Below the pieces are notes generated by a model. That model was not told the DNA's origin, did not search any database, and saw nothing but the letters and a program-made list of their open reading frames with translations. Shown here one piece after another: positions 56,785-64,000 of a stretch of 64,000 bases of DNA. The stretch's first letter is position 1. Each line of letters starts with the position of its first letter. Both the position numbers and the translations under genes were made by a program. The DNA comes from Elsinoe ampelina (lineage: Eukaryota), in NCBI GenBank assembly GCA_010093995.1, contig ML992504.1, positions 496,001-560,000 on the forward strand, written 5' to 3'.

Positions 56785-58144
56785 ATGCCTTACCCAGAGA
56801 CCGCAACTGGATTCATGATCCATGACCAGAAGGATTACCTCAACTTCAAGAAGGAAGAGGTCAGTCTCACCGCTCAACTCAGCTATTCGTGTGTAGGCCA
56901 GTAAATTGACCTCCTACCAGTTCAAGCTCAAACCTTTCGAGGACCGCGACATTGACGTTGCCATTGAGTGCTGCGGTGTCTGCGCTTCCGACTTGCACAC
57001 CATCAACGGTGGCTGGGGTGACTGCCCTCTGCCAATCTGCGTAGGCCACGAAGTCATTGGCCGCGCCATCAAGGTCGGAAAGGAGGTCAAGACTATCAAG
57101 TAAGACTCGGAGATCACGGGTAATCCAGAACATGTCACTAACAGCTTCCAGGGTCGGAGACCGGTATGCACTCAATGGGATGAGAATATGGAACGAAAGA
57201 CTGACATACTCAACAGTGTCGGTGTCGGCGCTCAGATCAAGGCCGATTTGACCTGCGACAACTGCAAGGCTGACCAGGAGAACTACTGCCCAAACTCGGT
57301 CGACACATTCGGTGCTCCTTACGAGGATGGAACTATCTCTCAGGGTGGCTACTCGAGTCACATTCGTGCACACGAGTACTTTACTTTCAAGATCCCCGAC
57401 AACATTCCTTCCGAGATCGCAGCACCGATGGTCAGTAACGTCAGAATTGCTCGAACTTGAACCTCTGACTGACCCTGAATAGCTGTGCGCCGGTGTGACT
57501 GTCTACAGCCCTCTCGTCCGTCTCGGAGCAGGCCCTGGCAAGAAGATCGGCATTGTCGGAATGTAAGTGTCTTTCCGAGCACCCCCCCCCCGAAGGACCA
57601 CTACTAATACAACCCCAGCGGCGGTCTGGGTCACTTCGCCCTCCTGTGGGCCAAGGCACTCGGCGCCGAAGTCTACGCCATCTCTCACTCGCCTTCCAAG
57701 AAGGAAGACGCCCTCAAGATGGGCGCCAAGGAGTTCATCGTGACCAACGAAAAGGGCTGGAACGAGCCGTACAAGTTCAAGTTCGACTTCATCATCAACA
57801 CTGCCGACGCCATGCACAAGTTCGACATGTCCGCCTACTTCTCCACCCTCAAGGTCATGGGCCGCTTCCACACCGTCGGTTTCGGTGACCACCCCATCCC
57901 ATCCCTCATGGCTCAGGATTTTGCCCCCAACGGCTGCTACCTCGGTGCAAGCCACATCGGTAACCGCCCCGAGATGTTGAGCATGTTGGATTTGGCGAGC
58001 AAGCAGAACATCAAGAGTTGGGTGCAGACAATTCCTATCAGTGAGGCGGGTTGCAAGGAGGCTATGGAGAAGTTGACCAAGAATGATGTGCGGTACCGCG
58101 TGACTCTCACCAACTACGATGACGTCTTCGGCAAGAGGACATAG
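56785..58144 (+). CDS. NADP-dependent Zn alcohol dehydrogenase (Adh6/cinnamyl-alcohol DH-like), 6 exons
   Basis: MPYPETATGF; CGVCASDLH, VGHEV, GGYSSHIR, APMLCAGVTVYSPL, GGLGH, VRYRVTL; includes a 12-nt exon at 57152-57163. Confidence 0.9.
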
Positions 58145-58546
58145 AGTGCTTGTCCGAGGTTTCGAAGTGCAGATGGAGTATTGAGAGTTTGGCGTGGCGT
58201 AGGTCGTCATAGGAAGGGGTGTGTTGCGTTGAGCAAAGACAACAACATATTGTTAGCTTCGGATGTGGAGACTTTGAAAATACAACAAGAACATGAACAA
58301 GAACAACTTCTGCTTGTGCCCTCTATCTTGTGATTGTTTCGCCTTCTCATCCACGCCTGATATCGGACTACGACTCCTCGTGCTTTTCGCGTGCCACTTT
58401 CTACACCTTGGGCTAGTCACTCTACTTGGAGCGCTGCATCTGGCGTTAGATTCAGTCGAAGCATCCACTTTTGCTCCTCTTTTCACTGACAGTCGACCTG
58501 GCATTTCCGTGACGGTACATGATCAATCCTCCCTCCCCATCCCATC

Positions 58547-59329
58547 TCAACCCCCTCCTCTCCCCCTCCTCACCACCCCCTCCCCAAAGCCCCTCACCAC
58601 CCCATCCAAAACCCTTCTCACCTCCCTACACCCATCCACCCCAACCGCCACCATCCCCTCCAACCTCCCCCCCTGCACCCTCGTCTCCCCCAACACAGCC
58701 ACAACCCTCGCCTCCCCCGTCCCCTCCCCCCCACCCACCGTCGCCACCGTAACAAACGGCAACTCCACCTCCTCCGCCGCATTCAAATCCAACAACGGGC
58801 CCGCCCCCTCATCATTCGCCGCATAACTCGCCGCACTCCCCGCCGTGCACGCCACCACGTAATCCGGCAAGGGCACGCCGGCATCAATCAACGCCAACGT
58901 CGTCGCATTGATCAACGCCGCCACCAACCCGCCGTCGGACGAAAGCACGTGCAACGTCACCTGCACCGACGAATGGGGGTAGAGATGCAGGAAGGCGACC
59001 TCCCCGAACGTTTCCTCGACGAGGTGCTGGAGCTCGGCCGCGCGCTTGTCCGTGCGGGAGGTGCGTTTGCGGTCCGTGGAGGCGAAGGGCGCGATCGAGA
59101 TGCTGGCGCTCAGCGTGGCGCGCGAGGATTGGTCGCTGCGGCCGAGGCGTTTGGTCTCGAGTGGGCCGGAGACGGTGCAGAGGATTTCGGTGTTGCCTTG
59201 GCACAGGTGCGAGGAGCCCGAGGAGGAGCGTTGGGTGGAGATTTGGGCTGTGAGGTGCCGGAGTTCGTTCCAGCGGCGGCCGTCGAGGCGGAGGTGGGAG
59301 AGGGGGTAGAGGGTGGTGTCGAGGGGCAT
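58547..59329 (-). CDS. RRP41: Exosome complex RNase PH-like subunit Rrp41/Ski6
   Basis: LRLDGRRWNELR, GSS..QGNT..CTVSGP, VLSSDGG..AALINATTLALIDAGVP, PLLDLNAAEE. Confidence 0.92.
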   Translation of the reverse strand: MPLDTTLYPLSHLRLDGRRWNELRHLTAQISTQRSSSGSSHLCQGNTEILCTVSGPLETKRLGRSDQSSRATLSASISIAPFASTDRKRTSRTDKRAAELQHLVEETFGEVAFLHLYPHSSVQVTLHVLSSDGGLVAALINATTLALIDAGVPLPDYVVACTAGSAASYAANDEGAGPLLDLNAAEEVELPFVTVATVGGGEGTGEARVVAVLGETRVQGGRLEGMVAVGVDGCREVRRVLDGVVRGFGEGVVRRGRGGG

Positions 59330-59769
59330 GGTGGGGGTTGTGGGGGGGTGGTGATGGGGAGGTCGTGTGGGTGAGGGCTTGGGCGTTATTGCATGCGTGT
59401 GGGCTAGGTCTGGATCTCGGTCTGATGGAGAGAGGGTTGGGAGGACTTGGATGTCGTTGATGCCGATTGTAGTGCCGAAAATGGGATGTGCTATACTAAG
59501 GAATATGCAGGTGAAATTTATGGTCGATCGTTCGGATAGCCTGTTTGGGACTAGCTCAGATGTTTCACATGATGTGATTGGTCAGATTGTGCGGCATGCT
59601 GCCTGCGGCCTGTTGATGCTGCTTCGTCCTTTCACGAACAACATGCTTGAAGCTTGATAGTGATTCGTGGTTTTCAAGCAGTCGGACGAATGGAACGATT
59701 TACAGAACCGGTGATCCTGCTTCTCGACGGCACTTGTATGCCGAGAAAACCAGCGAGCTCTGTCTCATC

Positions 59770-62727
59770 ATGGCGCCACCAAGGTCATCTCGGAAGTCAT
59801 CGCCGCAAGATCTCACGCCGTCACGACCAGGACATATAGACCTGAGCCAGTACTCACCATCTCCTTTGGATCCTGAAACAGATTCAAGGTCATCGTCACC
59901 AATCGAGGTATCAGCCCCACGAGTCACGAAGCGTGAACACTGGTCTTCGGATGAAGATGACGAGACTGCTTTCAACAAGTTCAAGAAGCAGAAGAGCACC
60001 GCACGGAAGGCCGAGGCAGCTGCTGGACGTAAAGCAAAAGCTGCGATCAAAGAATCAAAGGGTTCGATCGTAGGGCGGAAGCAGCAGGATCTGGTCCCGC
60101 AAAAGAAACGTCGTCGCTACGATGATCCTTCCAGCGAGGACTCTGCAGACGATGCCATCGAGAAAGCCCAGCCGGAGTTTCTGAAGCAGAGGAGAAATCA
60201 ATTCGAAAGAGCGCACCAGGAGTACGGTCAGGAAGGCCTCAAGCTGCCACCTCTCTTACCTACCGCCTTCGACGAAGATGGGAAGCGACCGCGGGACAGA
60301 GCGATCAAGCCTGTCTTACCGGCTCTTACACCTCCAGCGCCATATAAGGAGGTGACTTTGAGGTATAGTGCCGGTATAGTGCCAGCACCGATCGCTCAAT
60401 GGCTTCGAGAGTATCAGGTCCAAGGTGCAGAGTTCTTGCACGAGCTGTTTGTGTTTCAGAAAGGTGGCATCCTCGGCGATGACATGGGTCTGGGAAAGAC
60501 GATCCAAGTCATCGCCTTTCTAACAGCTGCGTTCGGGAAACATGGTGATGAAAGGGACGACAAGCGCATGCGCAATGCAAGGCGACTGGGTGACGAGATC
60601 TGGTACCCCAAGATCCTTATCATCTGTCCTGGTAGTCTGATTGCCAACTGGGGCAACGAACTCAAGCGTTGGGGTTGGTGGCAAGTCGGTGTAGCACATG
60701 GTCCTGCACGTTCGTCCACAATAGAAGCTGCAAGAAAAGGCCGATTGGAGATTGTCATTACTACTTACACGACCTACCGCGAACATATGGAGGAGATGAA
60801 CATGGTAGACTGGGATGCATGCATCGCCGATGAGTGCCATCAGATCAAGGAACGTAAGGCTGAGATTACCAAAGCCATGGATAAGATCAATGCTCTTTGC
60901 AGAATTGGTCTGACTGGCACGGCGATCCAGAACAAGTATGAAGAGTTATGGACACTTCTCAACTGGACGAATCCTGGTAGATTCGGACCACTGGCTGTAT
61001 GGAAAGCTAGCATCGCTAATCCTCTCAAAGTGGGTCAGTCCCACGATGCAACAGTCGCTCAGCTTGCTAACGCTCGCAAGACTGCCAAAAAGCTGGTTCA
61101 AAATCTGTTACCTCAGTTCTTCCTTCGTCGCATGAAGACTCTCATTGCTGAACAGCTTCCGAAGAAGACCGACAAGGTTGTCTTTTGCCCCCTGACCGAG
61201 GCGCAGGCAGGGGCATATCAGGAACTTGTAGACAGCGAGGTCATTGAGACCATCCGTCGTGCTTCGGAGATGTGTGATTGCGCCTCTCAAAAGAAGCGTG
61301 GATGGTGCTGCTACAAGTATGTCCCTGACGGCACCAAATGGCAACACATGGTCTTTCCGGCACTGGCTACGCTGCAGAAGCTTTCGAACCACTTGGCCAT
61401 GCTGATACCGACTGGAAGTGACCCCAAGGAGAAGCAGGAGAAGGACGTCGGCTGGCTTCAGATTGCCATACCAGATACATGGCGTGACTTGTGGGAGACC
61501 CGCGACAGCATCATGAACTTTGCCAACCAAGAATTCTGTGGCAAATGGATAGTACTCAAAAAGTTACTACGATTCTGGCATCAAGACGCCGAAGCAGGCA
61601 ACAAAGTCCTCGTTTTCAGCCATTCCGTCCGACTCCTCAGAATGCTTCACATGCTCTTCCAATCCACTACCAGCTACAATGTCTCCTACCTCGACGGCGC
61701 CATGCCCTACGCCGACCGCCAAACAGCCGTCGACGAATTCAATTCCCAACCAGGACAATTCGTCTTCCTCATCTCCACCAAAGCCGGCGGGGTCGGCCTC
61801 AACATCACCTCGGCCAACAAAGTCATCGTCTTCGACCCCAACTGGAACCCCAGCTACGACCTGCAAGCGCAAGACCGCGCCTACCGCATCGGCCAAACCC
61901 GCGACGTCGAAGTCTACCGCCTCGTCTCGGCCGGCACGGTCGAAGAAATCGTCTACGCCCGCCAGGTCTACAAGCAACAACAAGCCAACATCGCGTACAG
62001 CGCCAGCGAAGAGCGGCGTTACTTCAAAGGCGTGCAAGGCACCGAAGACCGCGGGGAGATCTTCGGGCTGAAGAACATGTTCAGCTACAAAGACGGCGTG
62101 GTCCTCCAGGAAATCGTCAACAAGACCAACGTCGCGGAGAGCAAAGCCAGCGCCGCGAAAGTCGTTGATCTCGGCACCAGCCAGGCCGATGACCCTGCCC
62201 CTGACGAAGACGATTGGTTCCGCGACGTAGCCGACAGGCAGGACGCGGCCATCAGCCAGGTAGCAGCCATGGTCGTCGGCGACTCCAAGACCAAGCGGGA
62301 CCGCGGGACCAAGAAGACGGACGCCGTGGCTGCTATCCTCGCGGGTGCAGGCGTGGAGTACACCCATGAGAACAGCGAAGTGATCGGCACGTCGAAGATT
62401 GAGGGGGAGTTGTCGCGGGCTGCGGAAGCGGCGGGCGGGTTGGGGGATGAGCATGTGTTTGTGCGGAGCCAGGAGGGGGGAAAGGGCCGGGGTGGAGGGG
62501 AGGACGAGGATGAGGGGGAGGGGGAGGGCGAGCTGGATAGGATCCGGTATCGCTTTCGCCCGCCGGAGGAGGTGAGGAGGAGGCAGTTTGTGAGTATGGC
62601 CAAGGCGGCGGGGTATGAGGATGCTACAAGGTTCGCGTTGGTGGTGGAGGGATGGACGCAGGCGGGGAGGAGGGAGTTTTTGGATAGGTGGTATAAGGGG
62701 AGGAGGAGGGCGTTGAGAGGTCGGTGA
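59770..62727 (+). CDS. SNF2-family helicase, ERCC6L2/Rad26-like
   Basis: GGILGDDMGLGKT, DECH, LTGTAIQN, FLISTKAGGVGLN, QAQDRAYRIGQ, plus the VIGSSK-type motif YTHENSEVIGTSK; ATG 59770; intronless. Confidence 0.9.
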   Translation: MAPPRSSRKSSPQDLTPSRPGHIDLSQYSPSPLDPETDSRSSSPIEVSAPRVTKREHWSSDEDDETAFNKFKKQKSTARKAEAAAGRKAKAAIKESKGSIVGRKQQDLVPQKKRRRYDDPSSEDSADDAIEKAQPEFLKQRRNQFERAHQEYGQEGLKLPPLLPTAFDEDGKRPRDRAIKPVLPALTPPAPYKEVTLRYSAGIVPAPIAQWLREYQVQGAEFLHELFVFQKGGILGDDMGLGKTIQVIAFLTAAFGKHGDERDDKRMRNARRLGDEIWYPKILIICPGSLIANWGNELKRWGWWQVGVAHGPARSSTIEAARKGRLEIVITTYTTYREHMEEMNMVDWDACIADECHQIKERKAEITKAMDKINALCRIGLTGTAIQNKYEELWTLLNWTNPGRFGPLAVWKASIANPLKVGQSHDATVAQLANARKTAKKLVQNLLPQFFLRRMKTLIAEQLPKKTDKVVFCPLTEAQAGAYQELVDSEVIETIRRASEMCDCASQKKRGWCCYKYVPDGTKWQHMVFPALATLQKLSNHLAMLIPTGSDPKEKQEKDVGWLQIAIPDTWRDLWETRDSIMNFANQEFCGKWIVLKKLLRFWHQDAEAGNKVLVFSHSVRLLRMLHMLFQSTTSYNVSYLDGAMPYADRQTAVDEFNSQPGQFVFLISTKAGGVGLNITSANKVIVFDPNWNPSYDLQAQDRAYRIGQTRDVEVYRLVSAGTVEEIVYARQVYKQQQANIAYSASEERRYFKGVQGTEDRGEIFGLKNMFSYKDGVVLQEIVNKTNVAESKASAAKVVDLGTSQADDPAPDEDDWFRDVADRQDAAISQVAAMVVGDSKTKRDRGTKKTDAVAAILAGAGVEYTHENSEVIGTSKIEGELSRAAEAAGGLGDEHVFVRSQEGGKGRGGGEDEDEGEGEGELDRIRYRFRPPEEVRRRQFVSMAKAAGYEDATRFALVVEGWTQAGRREFLDRWYKGRRRALRGR

Positions 62728-62869
62728 AGGGGGATTCTGCTTTCGGCGTATTGGACTGTCAGGGCTTTGGCATGATACCCCGCTGTATTGACACGGCAAA
62801 TCACATCATGTACACTTGGGCAACGGCGTCCGGGTATCTATTCTTTTCATGCGATCCTCTCCAACGGAT

Positions 62870-64000
62870 CTAGTCTTTGTCTAGCCTCACAGCCGCATTC
62901 CCCTCTATGAACCCCAAATCGACCTTGTGCCCCAACAAATCCCTAATATTGCTCAACTTGTATTTAATCATCGTCGGCCTCTCCAACGACAACCCAAACC
63001 CGTACACCCTCAAATCCTCGGGCAAGCCCATCGCCTCCAACATCTCCGGCCTGAACATCCCACTGTTCCCTATCTCAACCCACTTCCCCAGTCCCTGATG
63101 GTACCCGAAAACCTCCATACTCGGCTCAGTATAGGGGTTGTAAGCCGGCTTGAAGCGCAGATTCGTGATGCCCAGCTTCCCGAAAAATCCCTCCAGGAAA
63201 GCCATCAACCCCCCGAGAGTGAGATTGTAATCCGCGATCACGCCTTCGATCTGGTGGAACTCGGCGAGATGCGTCGCGTCGACGGATTCGTTGCGGAAGA
63301 CGCGGTCGATGCTGAAGTACCGGCAGGGACGCGGGTCGCGGGCGAGGCGGTGCAGGCAGTAGGTCGACACGGCGGTGGTGTGGGTGCGGAGGACCAGGCG
63401 GGCGGCTTCGGCCGGGTTCCACGGGTAGCGGTAGCCGATGGAGCCGTATTTGCCGGTTTCGTGGACGGCGCGGACGTTGGCGAAGTAGGTCTCGTAGGGG
63501 GTGGGGTGCGGGGTGTCCGTGGGGGCGAGGGACTCCATGGCGTCGAGGGCGGCGTCGGCTTCGGGGTCGGCACGCGGGGGGTCGGCGAGGGGTGGGTCCG
63601 AGACGTAGAAGGTGTCTTGCATGTCGCGGGCGGGGTGTTGTTGGGGGACGAAGAGGGCGTCGAAGTTCCAGAAGCCGGAATCGACGAACCTGGNNNNNNN
63701 NNNNNNNNNNNNNNNNNNNNNNNNNNNNNNNNNNNNNNNNNNNNNNNNNNNNNGGGCATTTCTATGAAGCCTTGGTGGAAGAATATCTTACGGAACTCTT
63801 CCCGGACCTTGTTCAAGGGATGCAGAGCGCCCGCTTGTTGAGGTGCGCCGAGTGATTTGAAGTTGTATGGTTTCCAGTTTGCGGTTTGCCATGAGCCATT
63901 CTCGAGCATGTCTGGTGTGAGATCTGTGACCTCGACCTGTATCTCCTTGGCATACTTTGGGCCCTTCTTGACAATGTAATGGATGACCTTGGCTGTCGTG
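62870..64000 (-). CDS. FRS2: Cytosolic phenylalanyl-tRNA synthetase alpha subunit (5' part outside window; spans assembly gap)
   Basis: [72 protein letters not shown]. Confidence 0.95.
63694..63753. other. Assembly gap (60 N), probably covering an intron donor of the PheRS gene
   Basis: Run of N. On the minus strand it is followed by ..CCAG|GTTCGTCGAT (acceptor, then FVDSGFW), and the frame changes across it. Confidence 0.9.

Noticed and set aside
4276..62727. Enrichment of chromatin/repair genes (MMS22, HOS2, YNG2, SNF2) as a functional cluster
   Set aside because: They are interspersed with unrelated housekeeping genes; chance is plausible without synteny data.
61567..62799. Long antisense or alternative-frame ORFs (e.g. 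61567-62799, 29036-29863, 20253-21125, 14057-14887, 3074-3913, 62927-63841)
   Set aside because: These are shadows of real genes in GC-rich, skewed regions where stops are rare; the translations are low-complexity with no motifs.
63622..63909. Apparent frameshift in PheRS alpha
   Set aside because: It coincides with the 60-N gap and an intron acceptor, so an intron plus gap explains it.

Overview
This is a gene-dense 64-kb window from a filamentous ascomycete. The short GT-AG introns with CTRAC branch sites and the gene content suggest a Dothideomycete-like fungus, but that is inference. It holds about 24 protein-coding loci; I saw no tRNA, rRNA, CRISPR array or transposon. Conserved genes are an SDR/MDR sugar-acid dehydrogenase pair, MMS22/Mus7, a GPI cell-wall protein, an FAD monooxygenase, the NRPS-like A-T-R-R reductase, a GH5 exo-beta-1,3-glucanase, HOS2 and YNG2 (head-to-head), an AAA+ ATPase, an EDEM-type GH47, TIM50, DUF829, a MARVEL protein, two Zn alcohol dehydrogenases, RRP41, an ERCC6L2-like SNF2 and a partial PheRS alpha. 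Two things stand out. (1) A four-member family of ~1000-aa 2OG-Fe(II) dioxygenase-fold proteins shares intron positions. Two copies keep the HxD...H triad and end in an NLS plus SUMO-interaction-like motif, but each has one single-base lesion. One copy has an intact ORF but has lost all catalytic residues. One is a truncated pseudogene. (2) About 12 isolated ~0.5-1.2-kb domains switch from strongly C-rich to strongly G-rich on the + strand, regardless of gene orientation. There is also a ~350-codon open frame directly behind an in-frame TAG at 351-353. Intron coordinates were read by eye and need RNA-seq confirmation.
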